NCBI GenBank assembly: GCA_944392295.1
Contig: CALXWE010000004.1
Location: 45,819 to 109,818, forward strand
Direction: 5' to 3'
Length of the DNA stretch: 64,000 nt
Source of the DNA: an uncultured Alphaproteobacteria bacterium
GTDB taxonomy: Bacteria > Pseudomonadota > Alphaproteobacteria > RF32 > CAG-239
Below, in pieces: positions 1 through 9,293 of the stretch; position 1 is the stretch's first letter, and each line of letters starts with the position of its first letter. The notes beneath the pieces are model-generated. The model did not search any database and was not told the DNA's origin. It worked only from the letters and a program-made list of their open reading frames with translations. The position numbers were made by a program, and so were the translations under genes.

Positions 1-246
1 CGTCGGGCCGCCTTTGCCGTCAAGCCCCGTGCAGTTTAAAGCTCTGGCAATTAAGCGTGCGGTAGTGGTTTTGCCGACGCCTCGGATGCCGGTTAAAATA
101 TAGGCATGGTGCAAGCGGTTATTCTTTATGGCATTGGTTAAAGTTTGTACCAGCGCATCTTGACCCAGCAAATCTTCAAAAGTTTGCGGGCGGTATTTAC
201 GCGCCAAGACCACATACTGATTGTTGTTTGTTTCTTCTTCTGCCAT
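1..246 (-). CDS. dnaX: DNA polymerase III subunit gamma/tau, N-terminal part (partial, continues past window start)
   Basis: Reverse-strand translation from the ATG at 246..244 gives [72 protein letters not shown]. This is the canonical DnaX N-terminus with the Walker A GxxGxGKT. It is not in the ORF track because it is truncated by the window edge. Confidence 0.8.
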   Translation of the reverse strand, partial: MAEEETNNNQYVVLARKYRPQTFEDLLGQDALVQTLTNAIKNNRLHHAYILTGIRGVGKTTTARLIARALNCTGLDGKGGPT

Positions 247-440
247 ATTATTCTCTGGATATTAACCTTATAAAAGGCGAAGGGACAAAAACCTCGGAGT
301 ATCCGTTACGGCTGCTTCCTTCCGAACCTGACCGGGTTGGCGGACTACCGACCTTTTGCCCTTCATAAAAAAATCTACACTCTATATTGAAATAATTGCT
401 CAATTTTTCAAGTAAAAAATTGAACTATCAACATCACTTA

Positions 441-1853
441 TTACCATCCGATTATAAACGGTAAAGACGGCGTACTTTCATTGCGGCTTTTAAATAGGGC
501 GCTTTCAACAACCGCGGCATCTTTGCCATAAACCTTGGGCATGGGGTGTATATAGTTTGCCGTTTGATTTTTGCGGTTTGAAAATGAGCTTGGCGCTTTG
601 GCAACGATTTTAGGACCTTCGGCGGTTACTTTCATGACATCAAGTGCGTGCTGATTACTTCCGTCGGGTAAAATACGAAACGTACCGTTGATACCTATGT
701 AGCCTTCATCGTTGGTGATGGCAAAATTTAAATCATCGGTCTTTTTGCGCGATAAAGATGAAGCTAAGGCGATTCCGTCATAAGCAAAACTATACAACTG
801 ATTGGGCACTTCGCCGAAGTAATCTTGATATTTTTTATTAAAATATTCGTTATGAACGCGCGAAATTGCCGGATAAACACCGTTATACAAAGTTGTTTCT
901 TTTGATAAATCGGTGCTTTCCCAAACCGATGTGCCTAAAAACATAACCGTCGGATAGTTAACATCAAAATATCCGAAGGTGGCAACCGCCGCTTTTAATC
1001 GGTTGCCGGTTTCAGGAATTAAAATGGCATCAAAGTCTAAGTCGCCACTGGTATACGTCGTTTTTAATTTTTTTAATTCGTATTCAGCTTTTTTATCTCC
1101 GGCTTTGGCTTGAGCGGCAAGTAAATTTTTACGCTCGTTTACTTCTTGAGAACGAGTATCATAATCAGTCATCTGCTTTACAATATCCGCAAAATCCAGA
1201 GTATCTTGCGGGTAAAACCCGATTTTTACCAGCTCGGCATTGTTGTTTAAAACGCTCTGAAAGGTGGACGATGCCAAATTTAACCCCGATTGCGTATCGG
1301 GAACCAAAAGGGCAAAGCGTTTTCTGCCTTGTAAAACGGCGTAAGAAATAATCCGCTCCACTTGCTCGTTGCTTAATAAGCCTAAAGTATAAACTCCACT
1401 ACCTAAAACATCGGGCGAGGTGGAAAATGAAATAACCGGCACATCGTTTCTGGCGGCGATTGAGCTGATTGCCGAAACCTCACTTTTCATTAAAGGGCCG
1501 ATAATTAATTCAGAATCGTCTTTTATGGCTTCGCGGACCGCCATATCGGCTCCCGAGGGAGTACTTTGCGTATCGTAAAAATTAATTACCAGTTTGGCAT
1601 TATCCGCATCCTCAATGGCCATCATGGCGGCATTTTTTAAGCCTTGTCCGTAAACGGAAGCTTTGCCGCTTAAAGGCAGCAACATGGCTACCTTGAAATT
1701 ATCATTCTGTTCAAAAAATAAAGAATCGGCAGGTCTGCCAAAGCTTGTATCATAACTCCCGCCTTGCATGGAAACACGGTTTGGACCGCTTGACGAACAG
1801 CCGAATAAGATAATCATTAAAAAAAGAGCACTTATCTTTTTTAACACTTGCAT
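441..1853 (-). CDS. Lipoprotein with type I periplasmic-binding-protein fold (LppC/LpoA-like penicillin-binding protein activator family)
   Basis: Signal peptide with lipobox LFGC. The length and profile are PBP1-like. It is divergent from rsmI followed by yraN, the conserved lpoA/rsmI-yraN neighbourhood known from E. coli. Confidence 0.5.
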   Translation of the reverse strand: MQVLKKISALFLMIILFGCSSSGPNRVSMQGGSYDTSFGRPADSLFFEQNDNFKVAMLLPLSGKASVYGQGLKNAAMMAIEDADNAKLVINFYDTQSTPSGADMAVREAIKDDSELIIGPLMKSEVSAISSIAARNDVPVISFSTSPDVLGSGVYTLGLLSNEQVERIISYAVLQGRKRFALLVPDTQSGLNLASSTFQSVLNNNAELVKIGFYPQDTLDFADIVKQMTDYDTRSQEVNERKNLLAAQAKAGDKKAEYELKKLKTTYTSGDLDFDAILIPETGNRLKAAVATFGYFDVNYPTVMFLGTSVWESTDLSKETTLYNGVYPAISRVHNEYFNKKYQDYFGEVPNQLYSFAYDGIALASSLSRKKTDDLNFAITNDEGYIGINGTFRILPDGSNQHALDVMKVTAEGPKIVAKAPSSFSNRKNQTANYIHPMPKVYGKDAAVVESALFKSRNESTPSLPFIIGW

Positions 1854-1930
1854 TTTTCCTTAAAATATAAAACAATTCCGTTATGTTTTAAGTTGTAGAC
1901 TAAAAATGATGTATTGTAAAGAGTTATAAA

Positions 1931-2767
1931 ATGTCTGATTGCTCCTTATTTGTCGTAGCCACACCTATAGGTAATCTGCAGGATATTTCCGCAAGAGCCG
2001 TAAGTGTGTTAAATGCTGCCAAAATAATTGCTTGTGAAGATACACGCGTAACCAAAAAACTGTTTTCGCTGTTGGGTATTGCGCTTAATAAAGAATTTAT
2101 TTGTTATCAAAACTATAACGAAGAAGACAAGGCGCAGTTTATTGTCGATTTAATTAAAAACGGCAATGATGTGGCTTTGGTAAGCGATGCCGGTTCACCG
2201 CTTATTTCAGATCCGGGGTATAAGTTGGTAAGTTTGTGCCGCAAGCAAGGCGTGAAAGTGTGCCCCATACCAGGGGCTTCAGCCATTATTTGTGCATTGC
2301 AACTTTCGGGGCTGCCGACTAATCGGTTTATGTTTGCCGGATTTATTCCCAATAAAGATAAAGCCCGCTTTGACTTGTTTAATGAGTTAAAAGATATTGA
2401 TACAACCTTGGTCTTTTATGAAACGGCTCCGCGTTTGCTTAAAACTTTACAGGTTGCTGCTGAGGTTTTTAATTCCAGAGAAATTGCGGTGGTCCGTGAA
2501 ATAAGCAAGCTTTATGAAGAGGCGCAAAACGGCACGGCGGAAGAGTTGATAAATCACTTTACGCAAAATCCTCCCAAAGGGGAAATGGTGTTGGTTGTGG
2601 CTCCGCCTAAAGCTCAAGAAAACAAGTCCGCTATTGATGTTGAGCAAATGCTTTGTCAGGCACTTGAAAATATGAGCTTAAAATCGGCAGTGGCCGAAGT
2701 TGCCCTTAAAACCGGCATATCAAAAAAGGAAATTTATGATAAAGCTTTGGAACTTAAAAATAAATAA
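1931..2767 (+). CDS. rsmI: 16S rRNA (cytidine1402-2'-O)-methyltransferase RsmI
   Basis: Tetrapyrrole-methylase fold. N-terminal LFVVATPIGNLQDIS.RA...L......IACEDTR is the RsmI signature. yraN lies downstream. Confidence 0.85.
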   Translation: MSDCSLFVVATPIGNLQDISARAVSVLNAAKIIACEDTRVTKKLFSLLGIALNKEFICYQNYNEEDKAQFIVDLIKNGNDVALVSDAGSPLISDPGYKLVSLCRKQGVKVCPIPGASAIICALQLSGLPTNRFMFAGFIPNKDKARFDLFNELKDIDTTLVFYETAPRLLKTLQVAAEVFNSREIAVVREISKLYEEAQNGTAEELINHFTQNPPKGEMVLVVAPPKAQENKSAIDVEQMLCQALENMSLKSAVAEVALKTGISKKEIYDKALELKNK

Positions 2768-3125
2768 TCTCAAAAATCATGGTGGAAAGTTTGCCGAGCT
2801 TTTAGCACGATTTTATATGCGCTTTAAGGGCTATAAAATTGTGGCGACTAATGTAAAAGTCGGCAGAGGCACTACCGCCGGTGAAGTAGATTTTGTGGCG
2901 CTTAAGAGCGGAACTTTGGTGTTTGTTGAAGTTAAAAAACGTCAAAATTTAGATGTGGCAAGATATGCCATTTTACCTCAACAGCAAAAACGAATCGTAA
3001 CCGCAGCAAAAGTTTTTTTGCAAAATAATCGGCAATACCAAAACTATGATGTTCGTTTTGATGCGGTGCTCGTAAAATTACCGTTTACCATTGAGCATAT
3101 CCGAAATGCTTGGCAGGAAAAATAA
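2736..3125 (+). CDS. yraN: YraN family (UPF0102) endonuclease-like protein
   Basis: HGGKFAELLARFYMRFKGYKIV...GEVDFVA...LVFVEVKKR is typical of UPF0102. The likely start is the internal Met at 2736 (MIKLW). The 2700 start would overlap rsmI by 68 nt. Confidence 0.65.
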   Translation: MIKLWNLKINNLKNHGGKFAELLARFYMRFKGYKIVATNVKVGRGTTAGEVDFVALKSGTLVFVEVKKRQNLDVARYAILPQQQKRIVTAAKVFLQNNRQYQNYDVRFDAVLVKLPFTIEHIRNAWQEK

Positions 3126-3170
3126 AAAAGCCCGCTTTCCAGCGAGCTTTTTTGTTGCAATCAGCCTCTT

Positions 3171-4025
3171 TTATTTAGCTTGTTGCTCGGCGGCAACCGG
3201 AATTTCTTTTCCTTGTAAATCATATTTTTGGATTTTGCCGTTTTTATATAAACCGTCAAAGGTTTGAGCAATGGCTTCTTGTGTTAACAAATTTTTGATT
3301 TGCGGTTCAACGTCTTTTAACGGTAAAGGCTGAGAATCGCGGAAATCTTCAACCAAAATCACATGGTAACCGAATTGAGTTTTAACCGGAGTTTTGGTGT
3401 ATTCGCCTTTAGGCAAAGCAAAAGCGGCCTTGGTAAATTCCGGAACCATAATGTCTTCGGCAAAATAACCGAGCTCAACAGTTGAATCTTTGGTGTATTT
3501 TTTAGCTACTTCATCAAAGTTGCTGCCGGCGTTTAATTCGGCGATGACTTTATTGGCAGTGGCTTCATCTTCAACCAAGATGTGTTTAGCGCGAGCTTCT
3601 TTTTTGCTTTTGAAATTTTTAACGTAATTGTTGTCGTAAAAGTTTTTGATTGAAGCATCATTTACCTTTTCGGCAACGATTTTTTCTAAGTAAACTTTAC
3701 GAGCCAAATCTTCCTGAGCTACTTTTAATTGCTCTTTATATTCGGGAGATTCTTGAACTTTGGCGGCACTGGCTGCCTGATACAAAAGTTTGCCGTTTAC
3801 AAAAACATCAACCGCTTTGGGGTAAAATTGCTCAAAAGGAACTTGAGCAGCAATTTGCGGATTAGCCTCATAACCTTTTTTAACATCTTCAATGCTTATT
3901 ACTTCACCGTTAACACGTGCAGCAACACCGGCATTTCTTTCGGCGTAAACCTTAAATGATGCAAAAGCGGCGGCTGCAATAACTACAACGGCTGCGGTTG
4001 TTGTCAAAATATATCTTTTGTTCAT
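3171..4025 (-). CDS. Parvulin-type peptidyl-prolyl cis-trans isomerase (PpiC/SurA-like), signal-anchored
   Basis: The long ORF is trimmed to the Met at 4025 (MNKRYILTTTAAVVVIAAAAFA), which has a GGAGG RBS 8 nt upstream. The C-terminal parvulin domain contains FGYHVILVED. The gene is divergent from secA. Confidence 0.7.
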   Translation of the reverse strand: MNKRYILTTTAAVVVIAAAAFASFKVYAERNAGVAARVNGEVISIEDVKKGYEANPQIAAQVPFEQFYPKAVDVFVNGKLLYQAASAAKVQESPEYKEQLKVAQEDLARKVYLEKIVAEKVNDASIKNFYDNNYVKNFKSKKEARAKHILVEDEATANKVIAELNAGSNFDEVAKKYTKDSTVELGYFAEDIMVPEFTKAAFALPKGEYTKTPVKTQFGYHVILVEDFRDSQPLPLKDVEPQIKNLLTQEAIAQTFDGLYKNGKIQKYDLQGKEIPVAAEQQAK

Positions 4026-4189
4026 ATTGACCTCCAAAATTTTTAAAATTACTGACTTTAGATATAAACTTTTTTTATTAATATTCCAAGTCTTTTTTAT
4101 AAGTCGTTCATAACTTAGTTTGTGAGTATTGACATTAGTTAAGATAAACACTAAATGTATCATATTGCGATAAATAATAAGGTAAGAAC

Positions 4190-6934
4190 ATGTTAAATAA
4201 AATAGCCCGTGCACTGTTTGGAAGTGCTAATGACAGATTTGTTAAAAGACAAATGAGAACAGTTGAAAAAATCAACTCTTTGGAGCCTGATTTTGTGAAA
4301 CTTTCCGATGATGAATTAAAAGCCAAAACCGATGAGTTTAGAGAGCGTATTAAAAACGGCGAGACTTTAGATGAGTTGTTGCCCGAAGCGTTTGCAACCG
4401 TAAGAGAAGCCGCCAAAAGGACCTTGGGTCAACGTCATTATGACGTCCAGATGGTTGGCGGTATTGTTTTACATAAAGGTATGATTGCCGAAATGAAAAC
4501 CGGTGAAGGTAAAACTTTGGTAGCAACTTTGGCAGCATACTTAAATGCCTTGGAAGGAAAAGGCGTTCATATTGTTACGGTTAACGATTATTTGGCTAAG
4601 CGCGATGCCGAGTGGATGGGACAGGTTTATCGGTTTTTAGGCTTGACCGTCGATTATATTGTGCATGGTAAAGATGATAATCAAAGAAGAGAAGCTTATA
4701 ACTCTGATATTATTTACGGTACTAATAATGAGTTGGGCTTTGATTATCTGCGCGATAATATGAAGTTTAATTTGGAAGACAGAGTACAGCGTGATTTTAA
4801 TTTTGCAATCGTTGACGAGGTGGACTCCATTTTAATTGATGAAGCCAGAACTCCGTTGATTATTTCGGGAGCTGCCGAAGATTCTTCAGAACGCTATATT
4901 ACGGTTAACTCCATTATTCCGCAGTTGACACAAGCCGATTATGAAAAGGATGAAAAGGCGCGTACCGTTACTTTAACCGAAGCCGGTATGACCCATGTTG
5001 AACAGTTGTTAAAACAGGCCGGCTTAATTACCGAGGGCGGTTTGTACGATGTAGGTAATGTACAGCTCGTGCACCATGTTAACCAAGCTTTGCGGGCACA
5101 CAAAATGTTTACTCGCGATGTGGATTATATTGTAAAAGACGGCAAGGTTGTAATTGTTGATGAATTTACAGGCCGTATTATGGAGGGTCGTCGGTACAGT
5201 GATGGTTTGCATCAGGCTTTGGAAGCCAAAGAACACGTTAATATCCAGTCTGAAAACCAGACCTTGGCATCTATTACTTTCCAAAACTATTTCCGCTTAT
5301 ATCCCAAACTTTCGGGTATGACCGGTACGGCTATGACCGAAGAAGCCGAGTTTGGTGATATTTACGGACTTTCTTGTGTGGAAATTCCGACCAATAAGCC
5401 GGTTATAAGAGTTGATGAACACGATGAAATTTATCGTACCGAAAAAGAAAAGTATGCGGCAATTATTAAAACTATTTTGGATTGTCATCGCCGCGGACAG
5501 CCGGTGCTTGTCGGTACGACCTCGGTTGAAAAGTCGGAAATTGTTGCCGATTTGTTATCGAAGGCTGCTCCGAATGTTCATTTTGAGGTGTTAAACGCCC
5601 GTCATCACGAGCGTGAAGCTGCCATTGTGGCTCAGGCCGGTGTGCCGGGAGCAATTACCATTGCTACCAATATGGCCGGACGCGGTACCGATATTCAGCT
5701 CGGCGGTAACTTAGATATGAAGTTAAAGTCGGTATTGACCGGTAATGAGACTCCCGAGCAGGTTGCCGAAATAAAAGAAAAACTTAAAAAAGAAATTGAG
5801 GCCGATAAACAAAAAGTTTTAGCAGCCGGAGGTCTTTATATTTTAGGTACTGAGCGTCATGAAAGCCGCCGTATTGATAACCAATTACGTGGTCGTTCAG
5901 GTCGTCAGGGAGACCCGGGAACTTCTAAATTTTTCCTCTCTTTGGAAGACGATTTAATGCGTATTTTCGGTTCAGACAGAATGTCGGCCGTGTTGCATAA
6001 ATTGGGCTTGCCCGAGGGTGAGGCTTTAGTTCATCCTTGGATTAGCAAGGCTTTGGAAAAAGCTCAGCAAAAGGTTGAGGAGCGTAACTTTGATATTCGT
6101 AAAAACTTGTTGAAATATGACAATGTTATGAATGAACAACGTAAAGTTATTTATGCGCAACGTAAAGAGCTGATGGAAACTGATGATGTCTCCGATGTAG
6201 TGGCTGATATGCGTCAGGAATATTTATCTTCGGTAATTGCCGAATATATTCCTTACGGCTCGGCTCCTGAAGACTGGAAAAAAGAAGAGTTAAAGCAAGA
6301 ACTTGCTAAAATTACGGGCTTTGTTTTGCCGATTAATAACTGGGCAAATGATCCCGAGATTGACAGCGAGACTATGACTCAGAAAATTTTGGATGAAGTT
6401 GAAAAGCGCTTAAACGATAAAAATGAGAATATTCCGGTTAATGTGGTTAAAATGGTTGAGAAGAGCATTTTGCTGCAAGTTTTGGATCAGCTCTGGAAAG
6501 ACCACATTGCAACGTTAGATTTAATGCGTCATACCATTGTTTTGAGAGCTTATGGTCAAAAAGATCCGCTTAATGAGTATAAGCGTGAAGCATTTAATAT
6601 GTTTTCGGATATGTTAGATGCTCTAAAAGAAAAGGTAACGATAGTAACCTGTCGTACACTTATTCAGAGCAATTCACACGAAGCCATGCAGCGCGCCGAG
6701 CAAAAACAGCAAAATGTTAAAATGCAAGCCGTACATGAACAGCCGCAAAATTTGGTAGGCGGACAGTCTGCTCCGGCCGAAGAAAACGAAGAAGAAAAGG
6801 CTGAACCATTCCGTCATGTAACAGGGCAGATTGATCCGAATAATCCGGCCACATGGGGCAAGGTCGCCCGCAATGATTTATGCCCGTGCGGCAGTGGTAA
6901 AAAGTACAAACACTGCCATGGCAAAATTGCTTAA
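4190..6934 (+). CDS. secA: Preprotein translocase ATPase SecA
   Basis: 914 aa. DEAD motor motifs are present ([33 protein letters not shown]). The C-terminal zinc finger is [14 protein letters not shown]. Confidence 0.97.
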   Translation: MLNKIARALFGSANDRFVKRQMRTVEKINSLEPDFVKLSDDELKAKTDEFRERIKNGETLDELLPEAFATVREAAKRTLGQRHYDVQMVGGIVLHKGMIAEMKTGEGKTLVATLAAYLNALEGKGVHIVTVNDYLAKRDAEWMGQVYRFLGLTVDYIVHGKDDNQRREAYNSDIIYGTNNELGFDYLRDNMKFNLEDRVQRDFNFAIVDEVDSILIDEARTPLIISGAAEDSSERYITVNSIIPQLTQADYEKDEKARTVTLTEAGMTHVEQLLKQAGLITEGGLYDVGNVQLVHHVNQALRAHKMFTRDVDYIVKDGKVVIVDEFTGRIMEGRRYSDGLHQALEAKEHVNIQSENQTLASITFQNYFRLYPKLSGMTGTAMTEEAEFGDIYGLSCVEIPTNKPVIRVDEHDEIYRTEKEKYAAIIKTILDCHRRGQPVLVGTTSVEKSEIVADLLSKAAPNVHFEVLNARHHEREAAIVAQAGVPGAITIATNMAGRGTDIQLGGNLDMKLKSVLTGNETPEQVAEIKEKLKKEIEADKQKVLAAGGLYILGTERHESRRIDNQLRGRSGRQGDPGTSKFFLSLEDDLMRIFGSDRMSAVLHKLGLPEGEALVHPWISKALEKAQQKVEERNFDIRKNLLKYDNVMNEQRKVIYAQRKELMETDDVSDVVADMRQEYLSSVIAEYIPYGSAPEDWKKEELKQELAKITGFVLPINNWANDPEIDSETMTQKILDEVEKRLNDKNENIPVNVVKMVEKSILLQVLDQLWKDHIATLDLMRHTIVLRAYGQKDPLNEYKREAFNMFSDMLDALKEKVTIVTCRTLIQSNSHEAMQRAEQKQQNVKMQAVHEQPQNLVGGQSAPAEENEEEKAEPFRHVTGQIDPNNPATWGKVARNDLCPCGSGKKYKHCHGKIA

Positions 6935-6940
6935 CATAAA

Positions 6941-6969
6941 AAACCTCCGTGTTAACGGAGGTTTTTTAT
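6941..6969 (+). terminator. Rho-independent terminator after secA
   Basis: Hairpin cctccg-N6-cggagg followed by a T6 run. Confidence 0.7.
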
Positions 6970-7017
6970 TGTTTAAGCGAACACATTGTTGTTGCATTTT
7001 AATAGTTGGTACTTTTT

Positions 7018-7659
7018 TTATTTTGTATTTTTAAAATAAAATTGGAAATAGACTTGCTTTTTATCAGTTAATTCGAACTGTTGTTCACATATGTTATTTA
7101 TTTCGGAAATACTCATATTGGCAAAATCATATTGAGCGTTTACCAGGTTTATGTTTTTTCCTCCACCGGGTTGATTTCTTAAATATATAAAAGTAAATCC
7201 TTTAGGATTTTCTCTGTAAATGGGTTGTAATGCAAGTAGAATATTACGGCAATAAGAAATACCGATATCAATGCTTGGGAAGGTTATTGGAGTTTCGTAT
7301 TGAGGTTTGCCGTATATGGCTAGTACCGTATCGTGATTTAATGGGTGATTGTAAATATATATTGTACTATAAGTACCAAAGGCATCTTTCAGATACTCGT
7401 TTTGAACAGACATACCGTCGGGAATAGCATTTAACTTTTGATATATCGGAATCAAAGAATCATTTGGTTCGGCTGATATTTGATATTGATAGGTATAAAT
7501 CATATTAATTAATGATGAAATTTGCTCAGCTTGCTTATTTAGTTTATATTTCATCATCGCCTTAGAGTAACCGGCGATGGCACCGACGGATAGCACTCCA
7601 ATTATCGCCAGAACGCCGAGCATTTCGACCATCGAGCGTCCAAGTTCATTAAATTTCAT
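7018..7659 (-). CDS. Type IV pilin-like protein (prepilin N-terminal methylation domain, variable Cys-containing C-terminal domain), paralog 1 of 6, short leader
   Basis: MKFNELG|RSMVEMLGVLAIIGVLSVGAIAGYSKAM is a class III signal peptide. A short basic leader ends in Gly, Glu sits at +5 and a ~21 aa hydrophobic helix (AIIGVL) follows. A GGAGAT RBS lies 5 nt upstream. Confidence 0.7.
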   Translation of the reverse strand: MKFNELGRSMVEMLGVLAIIGVLSVGAIAGYSKAMMKYKLNKQAEQISSLINMIYTYQYQISAEPNDSLIPIYQKLNAIPDGMSVQNEYLKDAFGTYSTIYIYNHPLNHDTVLAIYGKPQYETPITFPSIDIGISYCRNILLALQPIYRENPKGFTFIYLRNQPGGGKNINLVNAQYDFANMSISEINNICEQQFELTDKKQVYFQFYFKNTK

Positions 7660-7745
7660 CTAAAAACCTCCGATTTTGAGTTGTTAAAGGACTTTAAACG
7701 AAATCATAAACCGTTTTTTTTTTTTGCAACTTTAAAAGGAATAAA
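7660..7745 (-). promoter_or_regulatory. Conserved pilin promoter/5' leader module, copy 1 (T12 tract at 7714..7725)
   Basis: A ~75 bp block reads on the coding strand TTTAAAGTTGCA-(A)12-CGGTTTATGATTTCGTTTAAAGTCCTTTAACAACTCAAAATCGGAGGTTTTTAGATG. It is near-identical upstream of all six pilin-like genes and shows TTGCAA / TATGAT-like hexamers and an RBS. Confidence 0.55.
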
Positions 7746-7777
7746 GTTGATGTTTTATTTATAATATTGTTGTTAAA

Positions 7778-8407
7778 CTATTTCCAAGTAGCATAAAATA
7801 CGCATCCGCTTGATTCTTTTAAGCAACTATTACAGAGAGTATCAAAGTCTTCTAGAGTTAGACTTCTGATACATCTTTTGTTTTTAGATGTATCACAATA
7901 AGCGTCACCATGAAGAGTGTTTGATGAATATTCCGTATCTCCGTCTTCTGATTGACTTTGGATTTGTGAATAAGCGTTATACAATATTCCTGAATGTTCT
8001 TTGTATACATTAAGTAAGTTGCGGCATATTTCTAAACCGTTATTATCTGAACTAAATCGGTAGGCTAAACCGTAAACTGTTGGGTAGGCAAATACCCAAA
8101 TATCATTTTTAAAAATATCATTTAAATAGGTTGAGTTGCGGCGAGAGATTCCATCTGGGAGCATATTTAATTTATAAAGAGTTTCAGCAAAGTGCATGGC
8201 GGCGCCGTTGGTTGATGTATTAATTAACTTATGGCTTATTTCAAAAGCATTGATAAATAACATATTCATGCTTTCTGCTTGCTTATTTAGTTTATATTTC
8301 ATCATCGCCTTAGAGTAACCGGAGATGGCACCCACCGACAGTACGCCTATAATAGCCAAGACGCCGAGCATTTCGACCATCGAGCGTCCAAGTTCATTAA
8401 ATTTCAT
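7778..8407 (-). CDS. Type IV pilin-like protein, paralog 2 of 6, short leader
   Basis: The MKFNELGRSMVEMLGVLAIIGVLSVGAISGYSKAMMKYKLNKQAE N-terminus matches paralog 1. The C-terminal domain is divergent and carries LCNSC / Cys-rich motifs. Confidence 0.7.
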   Translation of the reverse strand: MKFNELGRSMVEMLGVLAIIGVLSVGAISGYSKAMMKYKLNKQAESMNMLFINAFEISHKLINTSTNGAAMHFAETLYKLNMLPDGISRRNSTYLNDIFKNDIWVFAYPTVYGLAYRFSSDNNGLEICRNLLNVYKEHSGILYNAYSQIQSQSEDGDTEYSSNTLHGDAYCDTSKNKRCIRSLTLEDFDTLCNSCLKESSGCVFYATWK

Positions 8408-8478
8408 CTAAAACCTCCGATTTTGAGTTGTTAACGGGCTTTAAACGAAATCATAAACCGTTTTTTTTTTTTGCAACT
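8408..8478 (-). promoter_or_regulatory. Conserved pilin promoter/5' leader module, copy 2 (T12 tract at 8461..8472)
   Basis: Same conserved block as 7660..7745. Confidence 0.55.
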
Positions 8479-8494
8479 TTAAAGATTCGGGCGA

Positions 8495-9250
8495 CTAATT
8501 TTTGTAGATAACGATTTCTTTATTGGAATTCATTTTGCCTAAAGCTTGGTCTAGCTCTTGGTTTGCCGGAAACATTCCGCTTTGATGAAAAATTTGCAAC
8601 TCGTTGACGTATTGACTGTAACGATTGCGATATTTGGGCAAATCGGGATTTATACCTCCTGTCTGCGGTGCCGTAATATCGGCAGTTTGAACACTATTAT
8701 TTTCCGGATTAATACCGCCCGTATTGTTAATATTGTCGGCAAAAGTCGGTACCGTAACGGGCTGTGGATTATCATCTTCAATAAAATCGGTGGTGATGAC
8801 GGCTTGATTGTTATTGTTTGCGTCTTGGCTCGTTGCCGTTTGTGTAATTTCAGATTTGGCAGGTGGTGTATTTTGAACAACATTGCCGGTTGCTTGATTA
8901 GCGTGGCTGCCGGTGTTAGAATCCGCGCCGGTCGCGGCTGCGGTATTTGTAGTTTCGGCTTTGGCGTATACCGGGATATATCTGCCGTCAACGGCTATGT
9001 AATGAGAAATTTTGGGCTTTTTTACTCTTATCGGGGCTTGTCTGGTATTTTGCCCGTTATTGCCGGTGTTATTGTTTCGGCTCCTTATTGCCGAAGGGAG
9101 CTTGGGCTGGGGAAGGGCTATAGGCGGAAGTTTTTCGTAACGGGGTTGTAGCTCGTTTTTCGGAATAAAAAAGGCTTCTTGCGCCGCAACAAACCTGCCG
9201 GCAGCTATTATACCGGTCGTTAAAAGTAAAAAAAATACCGTCTTTTTCAT
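8495..9250 (-). CDS. Secreted low-complexity (N/T/Q/P-rich) protein, hypothetical
   Basis: Signal peptide MKKTVFFLLLTTGIIAAGRFVAAQ. The central region is compositionally biased. It lies immediately upstream (in transcription order) of the pilin tandem. Confidence 0.45.
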   Translation of the reverse strand: MKKTVFFLLLTTGIIAAGRFVAAQEAFFIPKNELQPRYEKLPPIALPQPKLPSAIRSRNNNTGNNGQNTRQAPIRVKKPKISHYIAVDGRYIPVYAKAETTNTAAATGADSNTGSHANQATGNVVQNTPPAKSEITQTATSQDANNNNQAVITTDFIEDDNPQPVTVPTFADNINNTGGINPENNSVQTADITAPQTGGINPDLPKYRNRYSQYVNELQIFHQSGMFPANQELDQALGKMNSNKEIVIYKN

Positions 9251-9293
9251 AATGTTAACTCTAAATTGATAATTTTATAATAGCCTATTATAC

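Noticed and set aside
3171-4214. 347-aa version of the parvulin ORF
   Set aside because: The first 63 codons lack an RBS and overlap the secA start region. The Met at 4025 is preceded by GGAGG and begins a signal-anchor sequence.
7714-7725. Poly-T tract as an intrinsic terminator tail
   Set aside because: No stable GC-rich hairpin precedes it on the plus strand. On the pilin coding strand it is poly-A, so it cannot terminate pilin-direction transcription.
7714-7745. Possible sigma-54 promoter (GGGCAC...TTGCA) upstream of pilin genes
   Set aside because: The GG and GC elements are ~15 nt too far apart for the -24/-12 consensus. The GGGCAC part is present only in copies 5 and 6. A sigma-70-like TTGCAA/TATGAT arrangement fits all six copies better.
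8558-9151. 197-aa plus-strand ORF, and a 113-aa minus-strand ORF, overlapping the secreted low-complexity gene
   Set aside because: They lie antisense or out of frame to a better-supported signal-peptide ORF. The composition-biased sequence generates spurious open frames.
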